Assembly: GCA_034089705.1 (NCBI GenBank)
Contig: JAXDTZ010000022.1
Coordinates: forward strand, 12,848 to 76,847
Reading direction: 5' to 3'
Source of the DNA: Candidatus Enteromonas sp.
GTDB lineage: Bacteria; Bacillota_I; Bacilli_A; RFN20; CAG-826
Length of the DNA stretch: 64,000 nucleotides
Positions within the stretch are counted from its first letter, which is position 1, and the number at the start of each line of letters is the position of its first letter. The notes below the pieces were generated by a model. That model saw only the letters and a program-made list of their open reading frames with translations. It was not told the DNA's origin and ran no database searches. A program made the position numbers and the translations under genes. Positions 17,841-26,321 of this stretch are shown here, piece by piece.

Positions 17841-19398
17841 GTTCCCCTCCTTTCTTTCGCAAAAAGCTGGAGACGATTTTTTCTTTGGTGAGGGCCAAGA
17901 AGCCAAGGTAGATGACCGCATCCAAAACCAAGAGGATGAGGCTCGATAGCAGATAATTCACCCAAAGCTCGCTTCCGGAATACGGGAGAAGGGATTCGAT
18001 GAATGGCAACAAGAAGAAGGTCAATCCCCCAATCAAGATCCCCGCGAGGCAAATCTTCAGGTTGTTTCGATTGAAGATCGCCTTTCTCGAATACTTCCAG
18101 GAAACGGCGATGAAGTAGGAAACGAGCATCACGTCCGTAATGGTAGTCGCTATGGCAACCCCTAACCCCGGGCGAAGGGGGAAGAGGACGAGGGCGAACA
18201 AGAAAGACAAACCGACGTTGAAGAGGATTCCCCCGAGCATCCCAAACAAATAATATTTCTCCCGTTTCGACGGAATCAGGATTTCGGTGTAGATGTTATC
18301 CCCGATCGAATAGGTGAGCATCATGAGGGAGAGGGATGCGAGGATGGCGGAGCTGTCCTGGTATTGGGCGCTGACTTCGGAACCGGAGAACAGGGCGGTG
18401 ATGGGGGTGCTGAGGCTAGCCATCGTCGCGATCGCGGGAACAGCGATGAAAAAGGTGATGTTCAAGGAATAGGAAACGAGGTTTTGGAAGAAACGTTTGT
18501 CTTCCTTCCCGTAATAATAGGAAGCCCGCGGCATGAACACCGCGTAGAGGGAGGTAATGAGGGTGATGATGATGTCGATGCCCTTCACCCCAACCGAGTA
18601 CGCCCCGACCGCGGCTTTGCTGGAATCGATGAACCCCAAGAGGAATTCGTCGGTTTGGTTATAAACCGTAAGGGCGATGGAAGCCAGGAATAGCACCAAA
18701 ATAGTGGGGGCGTGTGCTCGAAAATGATATGGCGCGGTCTTTTTCAAGGAGATGTATCGAGGCAAGAAGATGAGGTTGGAAACCACGGTTAATATGGTCG
18801 TGGAAATCGTGATCAAGCCATAGATGTGGATCTCATTTAGCGCAGGGTTAACGTATGTCCCGTTATCGTCCACATAACCCGTTTTGACCTTGATGAACAA
18901 GAAGGTCAAAGCCGCCCCGACGGCGATGAAAAAGATGGAACGCGCGGTGATGTAGAAGTGCTTCTCCAGCACGATGTAGATCCATTCAAAGGAGAAGAGA
19001 CCCATCAAGAAGTTGATGGACAAGAGGAAGATCAACCCGGAATTTTCTAATAGGGAAGGGACGGTGCATACCAGAAGTGCCATGAAGGCGAAGCTGAACA
19101 AGGTGAAAATGCCTTGGATTAAGAAAAACTCTTGGGCCAAATGGGACAATTTTTCTTTGTCGTTTTTGACTTTGGAGCATTCCCGAATGGCGATGTTGGG
19201 AATGGAGATTTTGGCGAGGACCAAGAAGTAATAGACGAAGGTGTTCGCCCAAGTGTATAAGCCAAACGCCTGATCCCCGAGGGCGCGAGTGACGTAGGGG
19301 AACGTCAAAAAGGAGAGCAACGTCATCGTCAAGGTTCTCACCAAGCTGATGACGACGCTGGAACGGATGTTGGAGTGAACGGGACTCGCGCTGGCCAT
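17812..19398 (-). CDS. Oligosaccharide flippase, Wzx / MOP-superfamily polysaccharide biosynthesis protein
   Basis: 528 aa with about 12-14 transmembrane segments. N-terminal region LSFLTFPYVTRALGDQAFGLYTWANTF is typical of Wzx. It overlaps the downstream gene by 29 nt. Confidence 0.7.
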   Translation of the reverse strand: MASASPVHSNIRSSVVISLVRTLTMTLLSFLTFPYVTRALGDQAFGLYTWANTFVYYFLVLAKISIPNIAIRECSKVKNDKEKLSHLAQEFFLIQGIFTLFSFAFMALLVCTVPSLLENSGLIFLLSINFLMGLFSFEWIYIVLEKHFYITARSIFFIAVGAALTFLFIKVKTGYVDDNGTYVNPALNEIHIYGLITISTTILTVVSNLIFLPRYISLKKTAPYHFRAHAPTILVLFLASIALTVYNQTDEFLLGFIDSSKAAVGAYSVGVKGIDIIITLITSLYAVFMPRASYYYGKEDKRFFQNLVSYSLNITFFIAVPAIATMASLSTPITALFSGSEVSAQYQDSSAILASLSLMMLTYSIGDNIYTEILIPSKREKYYLFGMLGGILFNVGLSFLFALVLFPLRPGLGVAIATTITDVMLVSYFIAVSWKYSRKAIFNRNNLKICLAGILIGGLTFFLLPFIESLLPYSGSELWVNYLLSSLILLVLDAVIYLGFLALTKEKIVSSFLRKKGGEHGEPEPEGK

Positions 19399-19442
19399 GG
19401 GGGAATTATCGCACCTTTGGAGGCGTCAGAACAGGCGCGAAA

Positions 19443-20543
19443 TCAACGGAGGGATTCTAAAAATGCCAGGATGCCTTTTCCGATGCTCTCGTAACCGATT
19501 TCTTTTTGGATTTTGGTTTGGGAATGGTTTTCTGGGACGAAAGAGGCTTTGGTTTGGAATATTTCCGTTAAGGCCTTTTCGATCTCCTCCCCCGTTTTGG
19601 GCAACCAATAAATGGAGTTGCGGTAGACGCGCTCCAAGATGTCGCATGGGGTGGCCGCGATTTTGGTGGCGTTGGCCAAATATTCGAGGTCCTTGGAAGG
19701 GACCGATACTTGTCCGAGCTCTTCGTTGTACCATCGAGGATTGATGACCAAAGTCGCGTGTTGCTGGTAGGCCGCGTTTTCGTCTTTGGAGATTTGGCCA
19801 AGGAAACGAAGGCCCGGGACGGTTTTTGAGAGTTCCTTCAATTCCGCTTCCATCGCCCCATGCCCGGACAAGAGGAGAGGAACGGGGCTTTTCGAGGCGA
19901 TGTAGGCGCGAACGAGGGACCCCACCCCATCCTTTTCGAATAACGCCCCGCCGTAATAGAAGAAATCCCCTTCTACCGGAGCAGGCAATTTTTTCTTTTC
20001 TTCCACGATTCCCGGGAAGAGCAATACGCGGGCCTGATAGGCGTTGAACCGTTCCCCGAGTTTGGGAGTCAAGGCGAAATAACCATCCCCGTTTTTGGAG
20101 AAGGCCAGGCAAAGGCGGATGTAGGTTTTTGAAACCCCCGTGATGTTTTGGGGATCGTCGGTGAGGACGGGGATGATCTTCGCCCCAAAACGACGGGCCA
20201 ACGCTTTCGCGGCCTTTGCCCCTTGCAGGTTCAAGGAATCGTAGACGACGAAATCCACCTCTTCGTTTTTATGGCTTCTCAGATAAGCTTTTTTCATCGC
20301 GGAAGCGGATGCGAAGGGATTGATTTTGGAAGAAACCCGTTCCACGAGGGTGAAATGGGGAACTTCGGGTTTTTCAGGAAGGGAAGGGATGAGGGAAACC
20401 ACGTCGACGTCGGCGATGTTTTTCAAAGCCCGGTGAAGGCGAAAATAGAAATTTTGTCCCGCGGGATTGAGGCGGATTCCCCGTTTCAAGCAATCGTCGA
20501 ACAGGGATTCGGGCATGTAGGTGCCGACCAAAAGGATTTTCAT
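19443..20543 (-). CDS. Glycosyltransferase, GT-B fold (GT1/GT4-like)
   Basis: Two-Rossmann-like domain layout with no transmembrane segment. The stop overlaps the next gene's stop region. Family assignment is weak. Confidence 0.45.
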   Translation of the reverse strand: MKILLVGTYMPESLFDDCLKRGIRLNPAGQNFYFRLHRALKNIADVDVVSLIPSLPEKPEVPHFTLVERVSSKINPFASASAMKKAYLRSHKNEEVDFVVYDSLNLQGAKAAKALARRFGAKIIPVLTDDPQNITGVSKTYIRLCLAFSKNGDGYFALTPKLGERFNAYQARVLLFPGIVEEKKKLPAPVEGDFFYYGGALFEKDGVGSLVRAYIASKSPVPLLLSGHGAMEAELKELSKTVPGLRFLGQISKDENAAYQQHATLVINPRWYNEELGQVSVPSKDLEYLANATKIAATPCDILERVYRNSIYWLPKTGEEIEKALTEIFQTKASFVPENHSQTKIQKEIGYESIGKGILAFLESLR

Positions 20544-21646
20544 TTCGTTTTGCTCCGGAGGTATTCTTCAAAGAAGGCGAGGTGGAATTTGGCGCTGGCC
20601 TCAATCGTGTTTTGCCTCGCGACGGCTAGCGCGGCCTCTTGATAGGCGGGGTCGAGGACCTTGGTTAAGGCTTCCAAAATGGAAGAGGGGTTTCCGAGTT
20701 CCACGACGAAACCGTTGATTCCATCGTGGATGAGGTGCTTACCCGCGTTGATGTTGTTTCCCGCGATGACGGGGATGCCTTGGCTCAAGGCTTCGTTCAC
20801 GACGTGGCCGTAAATGTCTTCTTTGGAGAGCAACACGAAGGCGTCCGCCCCTTGGAACAAATGGAGGAGTTTGTCATGGGGGATATAGTCCCAAAGGAGG
20901 ACGTTGTCTAACCCAAGGCGTTCTTTTTGTTCGAGCAACGCCTCTTTGAGAGGACCTTCCCCGGTGATCACGAGGAGGGAATCTTTCGGCATGGAGGGCC
21001 ATAAGGCAATCAGTTCTTCGAAGTTCTTTCTTGGGATGTATTGGCCGGAAGAAACGTACAGGTGTCGCGCGTTTAGGCCAAATTCCTTCCGAATGGCTCG
21101 CTTCTCTTCTTCGCTTCTAGGCCGGTCGGAGAGTTCCCGTTCGAAGATGGAGGAATAGGGGTACAAGGTTATCTTGTCGGGATCCGCCCCATAATAGGTC
21201 AGGTATTGGGCGCTGCAAGGGTCGGGCGAAAAATAAGCGGATGCCCCTTCGATGCAAGCCCGTTTCCGTTTGGCGATCCAGGCTTTTTCCTTGGGGTTGG
21301 GAATGCCTCCATTGATATAGAAGACATAAGGGATATGGTGTTTCTTGCAATAATGGATGGCGATTTGCTCCGACAGGGTCCTCCATCCGTTGAGGACGAT
21401 GATGTCGTAATCCTTTTTCTTCAGGTAATGGAGGGGCCGGAAGGTCAAGTTGTCTACGGGGCCAAACCATAACGAATGGGCGACTTCGGAATGGAAGGTG
21501 TTGGGCTTTTCCCCATAGAAGAGGTCGTTTCGTCCCCCTTCGGAGGAACGCTCGAAAAGCACATCGAGCTCGATGGATTCCCCCAGGACGTTGAAAAAGT
21601 CGACTTTGTATGGGGCGGGATGGTTAAAAAGCCAAAAAACTTTCAC
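20540..21646 (-). CDS. Glycosyltransferase family 4 (start uncertain; GTG at 21646-21644 chosen)
   Basis: The C-terminal half (GEGPLKEAL...VLLSKEDIYGHVVNEALSQGIPVIAGN...GINGFVV) is a typical GT4 retaining-GT signature. The GT-like N-terminus begins at VKVFWLFNHPAPYK. The track's 90-aa upstream extension to 21913 looks non-protein. Confidence 0.65.
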   Translation of the reverse strand: MKVFWLFNHPAPYKVDFFNVLGESIELDVLFERSSEGGRNDLFYGEKPNTFHSEVAHSLWFGPVDNLTFRPLHYLKKKDYDIIVLNGWRTLSEQIAIHYCKKHHIPYVFYINGGIPNPKEKAWIAKRKRACIEGASAYFSPDPCSAQYLTYYGADPDKITLYPYSSIFERELSDRPRSEEEKRAIRKEFGLNARHLYVSSGQYIPRKNFEELIALWPSMPKDSLLVITGEGPLKEALLEQKERLGLDNVLLWDYIPHDKLLHLFQGADAFVLLSKEDIYGHVVNEALSQGIPVIAGNNINAGKHLIHDGINGFVVELGNPSSILEALTKVLDPAYQEAALAVARQNTIEASAKFHLAFFEEYLRSKTK

Positions 21647-21709
21647 AGGGGAATTATGCCACAACGGAGGCGAAGTTGTTATACTTTCCCCGAGGGTAAG
21701 GATACATTC

Positions 21710-22372
21710 ATGAAACGCAGCTGGGAGGAATTCTTCGGGGAAGAGGGGCGAAGGCGTCAGTGGAAGGCGCTGCTCCTTTCTTTGGAGGAAATGCGGCAAA
21801 GCAAGACGATCTATCCCCCAAAAGGAGAAGAACTCCGCGCCTTTGAGCTTTGCAAAGCCGAAGACGTCAAAGTGGTGATCCTTGGCCAAGATCCTTATCA
21901 CGAAAAAGGGCAAGCCATGGGGCTATCCTTCTCCGTCCCTAAAGGAGTTAAGTTGCCTCCCTCCCTTCGAAATATCTACAAAGAACTCGAAAGCGATTTG
22001 GGAATTCGTCGCGACCCCCAAAACGGAGACCTCACGGGTTTGGCCGTTCAAGGGGTGCTGTTTCTTAACGTGAATTTGACCGTGGAAGAAGGGAAGCCCT
22101 TGTCCCATTCTTTTCCGTTTTACGCTCAATTTACGAGGGACGTCCTATCGTATTTGGACCAATCCGAGGAACCGATCGCCTTTGTTTTTTGGGGCGGTTT
22201 CGCCCAAAAATTTGCTTCCTGCATCCACAACAAGAAGCACCGGATCATCGCTTCCGCTCACCCGTCCCCGCTATCCGCCAATCGGGGAGGGTTCTTCGGA
22301 ACCAAACCCTTTTCCGAGGTAAACCGCTTTCTGCTCGAATCCGGGCGGACTCCTATTGACTGGAGCCGTTAA
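21710..22372 (+). CDS. ung: Uracil-DNA glycosylase
   Basis: GQDPYH catalytic water-activating motif and HPSPLS leucine-loop motif. AAGGA RBS before ATG 21710. The track ORF extended to 21476. Confidence 0.85.
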   Translation: MKRSWEEFFGEEGRRRQWKALLLSLEEMRQSKTIYPPKGEELRAFELCKAEDVKVVILGQDPYHEKGQAMGLSFSVPKGVKLPPSLRNIYKELESDLGIRRDPQNGDLTGLAVQGVLFLNVNLTVEEGKPLSHSFPFYAQFTRDVLSYLDQSEEPIAFVFWGGFAQKFASCIHNKKHRIIASAHPSPLSANRGGFFGTKPFSEVNRFLLESGRTPIDWSR

Positions 22373-22384
22373 CGAGAGTACCTT

Positions 22385-22480
22385 TACCCTCGACCGGAGC
22401 TGACCAATAGTTAGCTGAGAGGAGTCGTGTTCCGACTCGACGGATAACCTGATCCAGATAATGCTGGCGTAGGAAAATCT
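22385..22480 (+). ncRNA. TPP (THI-element) riboswitch
   Basis: GCTGAGA ... variable hairpin ... AACCTGATCCAGATAATGCTGGCGTAGGAA matches the THI consensus CUGAGA / ACCUGAUCUGGAUAAUGCCAGCGUAGGGAA almost base for base. It lies immediately upstream of a ThiT-like gene. Confidence 0.85.
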
Positions 22481-22535
22481 TCCAACGTTTCGTCTTCTTT
22501 TTGGGTCAGAATGCACTCGGAAAGGAGAATTTTTT

Positions 22536-23594
22536 ATGAGTGAATTCGACAATCCCGAAGTTGGCCAAAAGAAAGCCCATTTCCTTGGTCGCTTCTTAGG
22601 AATCTTGGCGAGTCTATGCGGAACCATCGCCATTGTGATTCTGTTCGTTCTTCCCGTTTTGGTCGTGAAGACGAAGATTGATGGCGTCAAAGCGGAAAAT
22701 GCGATGACCCTCGCCCAAGTGTTCCAAGGCAATTACCCGATGAACGTCACCTGGGTGATCTTGTTGGTGCTGCTTGGAACCGGCATTCTCGCCGGGCTTG
22801 TTTCGACGGTGTTCTCTTCCACCCCCAAAGTCAGCGAAGCCATCAGCGCCGTCGGCGCTTTGGCGTTCTTGCTTGGAGTTTGCTTCCTCGCGGTGGGTTC
22901 CCCTCTTTTCAACAACAACGTGGAGATGGGCTGGACGGAAATTGAAGGGTACCGTTCGACCGAAATCGGGGTCGGATCGATCGTCGGTTTGGTTTTCGGC
23001 CTCTTCGCCTCGATGCTTTGCTTGGTCACCCCATTCCAAAAGAAAACCTTCTCGGCCAAAGAAATCGCGGAAGATGGCATGCTCATCGCGATGGCCTTTA
23101 TCTTGAACCTCGTGAAAATCCCCGTCGCCGGGGTGGATCAAGGGGGTTCGATCAATTTCCAAATGCTGCCCCTTCTCATCATCGCCCTCCGTCATGGCCC
23201 GGCGTCTGGATTTGTCTGCGGCGGTTTGGTCTATGGCGTCCTCACCTGCTTGACCGACGGATACGGCTTTGCCTGCTTCCCCTTTGATTACCTCGTTGGG
23301 TTTGGCTCGGTCGCCGTCATGGGAATCTTCCGTCACTTCATCCTTGGGAAAAACGTCAAAGGATACGACTGGAAGGCTATCCTCTTCATTATCTGCGGAG
23401 GCATCCTCTCCACCTTTGTCCGTTTCGTCGGAAGCTCGGTTTCTTCGATGATTCTTTACGGGGTCGATTTCTCTTACGCCGTAACGTACAACGGAATCTA
23501 TATCCCGGTTTCCGGAGCCATCGCCTTCGCGGCTTTGGTCGCCCTCCATGGACCGCTTGTGAAGATCAACAAGCTCTTCCCCGTCGTCGAATAA
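22536..23594 (+). CDS. thiT: ThiT-like ECF S-component (thiamine transporter) with an extra N-terminal 4-TM domain of about 170 aa
   Basis: The C-terminal 180 aa (INFQMLPLLIIALRHGPASGFVCGGLVYGVLTCLTDGY...) aligns with ThiT signature regions. It is under a TPP riboswitch. Total length is 352 aa, against about 185 aa for canonical ThiT. Confidence 0.6.
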   Translation: MSEFDNPEVGQKKAHFLGRFLGILASLCGTIAIVILFVLPVLVVKTKIDGVKAENAMTLAQVFQGNYPMNVTWVILLVLLGTGILAGLVSTVFSSTPKVSEAISAVGALAFLLGVCFLAVGSPLFNNNVEMGWTEIEGYRSTEIGVGSIVGLVFGLFASMLCLVTPFQKKTFSAKEIAEDGMLIAMAFILNLVKIPVAGVDQGGSINFQMLPLLIIALRHGPASGFVCGGLVYGVLTCLTDGYGFACFPFDYLVGFGSVAVMGIFRHFILGKNVKGYDWKAILFIICGGILSTFVRFVGSSVSSMILYGVDFSYAVTYNGIYIPVSGAIAFAALVALHGPLVKINKLFPVVE

Positions 23595-23632
23595 ATCATC
23601 TTGTTCTAGCAATGGGCTGTTGAAAAACTCCC

Positions 23633-23678
23633 CAAAACAAATGCGCCATGCTTACAGCAAACTGGCGCTTTTGTTTTG
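23633..23678 (+). terminator. Intrinsic terminator after thiT (16-bp stem with 1 mismatch, 14-nt loop, U-rich tail)
   Basis: CAAAACAAATGCGCCA ... TGGCGCTTTTGTTTTG followed by CTTTGG. Confidence 0.55.
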
Positions 23679-23733
23679 CTTTGGATGATCATTGTGCCAC
23701 CCGATGGCATTTCCTCCAACGGATTCCCAAAGA

Positions 23734-23764
23734 AACATGCAAAGCATGTTGCGAAACCTCGTAA
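23734..23764. repeat. Copy A of a 31-nt direct repeat containing the hairpin AACATGC-AAA-GCATGTT
   Basis: AACATGCAAAGCATGTTGCGAAACCTCGTAA. The 7-bp perfect stem is followed by a GCGAAACCTC tail. Confidence 0.6.
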
Positions 23765-23828
23765 TTCCAGAGCCTTGGTGCGGATGCCTCCGAGTTTTTT
23801 CGGCCCGCGAACAATCAAAACACCCCAT

Positions 23829-23860
23829 AACATGCGAAGCATGTTGCGAAACCTCCGTAA
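23829..23860. repeat. Copy B of the same repeat (29/31 identical, 1-nt indel), 95 bp downstream of copy A
   Basis: AACATGCGAAGCATGTTGCGAAACCTCCGTAA. The copies fall in different reading frames (95 mod 3 = 2), so the repeat is non-coding. Confidence 0.6.
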
Positions 23861-24093
23861 GCATAGGAAAAGGGACTATCGATAACCCATAGGTTTTTTA
23901 ATACTCTCTTTTTCATCAATCAATCGGCCAACAAATATGCTTGTTCAAGTATCAGCCTCTTTTCGTGATCCCATCGAATATCTAGCGAATCCCTTTCGGT
24001 TTCGCCTTCGTCCCCTAGAAAAATGGGTTTTTCTTGCTTTTGGTTGCTAAGTCCCTAATATTAGGCCTAGACATCGTTTCGAGGAGGACCGAC

Positions 24094-25203
24094 ATGGAAG
24101 AAGAAAAGAAAAACCCCGAAGTTGCGGAAGCAACGGAAGAAGACGAATTTTTGGATACCCGTCCCGTGCCCGTGGAACCGGTGAAAGAAGAAGAGCCCGC
24201 CCCCGAACCCGAACCGGCGCCGGCCCCAGAACCTGAACCCGAACCGGAACCCGAGCCCGAAGACATCGTCTATGACGATCCCCGTTTGAAGGCGATCGAA
24301 GACGCCCGAATCCATTGGAACCAATCGTATCGGAAAACCAATTCGGTGAAGATGATTCTCTCCTTCGCCGCGCTTGCCCTCATCATCGCGGGCTATGCCT
24401 TGCCCTATTTTTTGATCAAAGACGAAACCGCGCGCAGCACCTGGACCCTGGTGGTTTGCGCCATCTGCGCCGTCATCGGTTTAGGGGGAGTCGCCGTTTA
24501 CGGGCTCCTTTCCCGCAAGAAGAACCGACAAGAAATCATCGCTTATTTCAACGCGTATTACGGCAACATCAACGCCTACGCCTTCGATGGCCTCCCCATT
24601 GAGGCGATGCAAGGCGACGCGGATTGCAAGATCGAAAAATCCGAAGTGGAAGCGTGCGGAATGTACCCCTTCACCCAGATCGGCAGCCGCGACAATCTGA
24701 CCTTCTCTTACGACGGATTGGACTGCGCGTTGTGCGATATGGCGGCCCAAAAGGACAATGGCAAGGCTTTGGCCACCGTATTCGTCGGCAAATACCTCCG
24801 CGCCCACAACAACCTCAAAGTCTCTCCCGATGGAATCGTCATCTATTTCAAAGGAAATGAGCGAGCCCTTCCCCCGACGGTCACCCTCCCGGTTCGCGAA
24901 GACACCAAGAACGTCGTGATCTACGGAAGCAAAGAAGACACCCGCGTCTTGAACCACGAGGTGAAAACCCTCCTCAAGGAAGTCAAAACGGACAAATTGC
25001 TCGTGGACGTGGCCATCGCCATCAAGCCGGGGCGCACCTTCATCGCCCTCGGATACGAAGACGATTTGATGGTTCTTCCCAACGACAAACCGTTCAACCC
25101 CAAACACGTGAAAGCCTACAAAGAGCACATCTCCCTCTTCCTCCGCATCGCCAAAGCGCTCGAAGGGACGAACTCGGATTCCGAAGAAACCTCCGCCTCC
25201 TAA
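24094..25203 (+). CDS. Membrane protein with disordered acidic Pro-Glu-repeat N-terminus, 2 TM helices and a 230-aa C-terminal domain (unknown function)
   Basis: Strong RBS GAGGAGG before ATG 24094. The track starts at 24034. The protein has a PEPEPAPAPEPEPEPEPE repeat, then two hydrophobic helices, then a globular domain. Confidence 0.55.
   Translation: MEEEKKNPEVAEATEEDEFLDTRPVPVEPVKEEEPAPEPEPAPAPEPEPEPEPEPEDIVYDDPRLKAIEDARIHWNQSYRKTNSVKMILSFAALALIIAGYALPYFLIKDETARSTWTLVVCAICAVIGLGGVAVYGLLSRKKNRQEIIAYFNAYYGNINAYAFDGLPIEAMQGDADCKIEKSEVEACGMYPFTQIGSRDNLTFSYDGLDCALCDMAAQKDNGKALATVFVGKYLRAHNNLKVSPDGIVIYFKGNERALPPTVTLPVREDTKNVVIYGSKEDTRVLNHEVKTLLKEVKTDKLLVDVAIAIKPGRTFIALGYEDDLMVLPNDKPFNPKHVKAYKEHISLFLRIAKALEGTNSDSEETSAS
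24192..24261 (+). repeat. Hexanucleotide tandem repeat (GAACC[C/G/T] units) encoding the (Pro-Glu)n tract
   Basis: Read directly from the sequence. The unit length is a multiple of 3, so length changes would stay in frame. Confidence 0.55.
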
Positions 25204-25244
25204 ATGGAGGCTTTTTCGTAAATCCCTAACAGGCGCGTGCGGTT

Positions 25245-25257
25245 GCGTGTATAATTC
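25245..25257 (+). promoter_or_regulatory. Extended -10 promoter element GCGTGTATAATTC (TGnTATAAT) upstream of the DUF402-tsaE-tsaB/rimI-tsaD operon
   Basis: TATAAT at 25250-25255 preceded by TG. An identical 12-mer CGTGTATAATTC recurs at 36748-36759 upstream of gatC. Confidence 0.4.
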
Positions 25258-25290
25258 CCGTTGAGAGGGGAGAATTCCCCTGCCAGTCTT

Positions 25291-25866
25291 ATGAAATATT
25301 GGAACAAACGTTACGGCCGCTGGATTCGCGTCCAAGCTTACAAACATGACGGATCATTGCATCGGCAATGGTCTCCCGCTTACCTCGTGGAAGAAAACGA
25401 CGACTTTTGGGTGGTCGTTTCCCGCGCATCGCTCGTCACCGAAGCGGAAGGCAGGCGATGGATCACCCGCGAAAAAGCCGTGTTTTTTCTCTTCAAAAAG
25501 CGTTGGATGAACGTCATCGCGATGTTCAAGGAAAAGAGAGGGATCTGCTATTACGTCAATATCGCTTCCCCGACCATTTACGACGACGGATTCTTGAAAT
25601 ACATCGATTACGATCTGGACGTGAAGCTCTATCCCGACGGGGTGGAACGAACCCTCGACGAGAAGGAATTCATCCGTCATAGTTTGGAGTATGGCTACTC
25701 TCCGGAGTTGATCCAAATCATCCGGAATGAGGCGACGAAGGTCCGAGCGATGATGGAAAACCGGGAATTCCCGTTCCAAGACGAAACCGTCATCGGGTAT
25801 TACGATTCCTTCGTCGAACAAAACGCCCCGAAGCAAAGAACTCCGCGAAGGGAGGGCGATTCATGA
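25291..25866 (+). CDS. DUF402-family protein (Ntdp-like nucleoside tri/diphosphatase candidate)
   Basis: MKYWNKRYG...YYVNIASPTIYDDGFLKYIDYDLDVKLYPDG resembles DUF402/FomD-like proteins. ATG 25291 chosen; the track begins at TTG 25261. Confidence 0.5.
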   Translation: MKYWNKRYGRWIRVQAYKHDGSLHRQWSPAYLVEENDDFWVVVSRASLVTEAEGRRWITREKAVFFLFKKRWMNVIAMFKEKRGICYYVNIASPTIYDDGFLKYIDYDLDVKLYPDGVERTLDEKEFIRHSLEYGYSPELIQIIRNEATKVRAMMENREFPFQDETVIGYYDSFVEQNAPKQRTPRREGDS

Positions 25867-26321
25867 AAAAGATTTTCTTCACCGCGAGCAAAGCGGAAAC
25901 GCAATCCCTGGGGATGAAGCTCGCCAGTTTATTGCAAAGAGAAGACGTCATTCTCCTGCAAGGGGATCTCGGCGCGGGCAAAACCACCTTTGCTTCTGGG
26001 GTTGCCAAAGGGCTTGGGATCCAAGAAGACGTGATATCCCCCACCTTCAATATCATGAAGTGCTATTTCCATGGCCGGATTCCCTTCTATCACATCGACG
26101 CCTATCGCTTAGAAGGCCAAAACATCGAAATTGGCCTCGACGAATACATCGAAGGGGATGGGGCGTGTTTCATCGAATGGCCCCAGTTCATCGAACCGCT
26201 CATCCCGGAAGAGCATCTTTCGATTTCCATCTTTAACCGGGGAGGAGATTCCCGCGAGATCGTGGCGGAAGGAGAGGGCCCCCGTTACGAGAGCCTCCTT
26301 TCCTCTTGGGAGGAAGAATGA
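25863..26321 (+). CDS. tsaE: tRNA t6A biosynthesis ATPase TsaE
   Basis: P-loop GDLGAGKTTF and the TsaE-specific motifs. ATGA overlap with the upstream gene. Confidence 0.8.
   Translation: MKKIFFTASKAETQSLGMKLASLLQREDVILLQGDLGAGKTTFASGVAKGLGIQEDVISPTFNIMKCYFHGRIPFYHIDAYRLEGQNIEIGLDEYIEGDGACFIEWPQFIEPLIPEEHLSISIFNRGGDSREIVAEGEGPRYESLLSSWEEE

Noticed and set aside
21476-21709. 5' extensions of track ORFs (ung 21476, pcrA 32245, ecfA1 55746, ecfT 57313, truA 58278, ugd to 46235, dut to 9717, TupA-like to 17921, GT4 to 21913)
   Set aside because: The extensions are Arg/Pro-rich or otherwise non-protein-like. They overlap the upstream genes. Internal starts with an SD sequence or ATGA coupling restore canonical N-termini.
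22614-23612. 332-aa minus-strand ORF
   Set aside because: It is antisense to the riboswitch-controlled thiT, with a Gly/Asp/Arg-rich nonsense composition.
23734-23860. Possible mini-CRISPR array
   Set aside because: There are only two repeat copies. The period is 95 bp, which is too long for repeat plus spacer. The copies are imperfect and there are no cas genes anywhere in the window.
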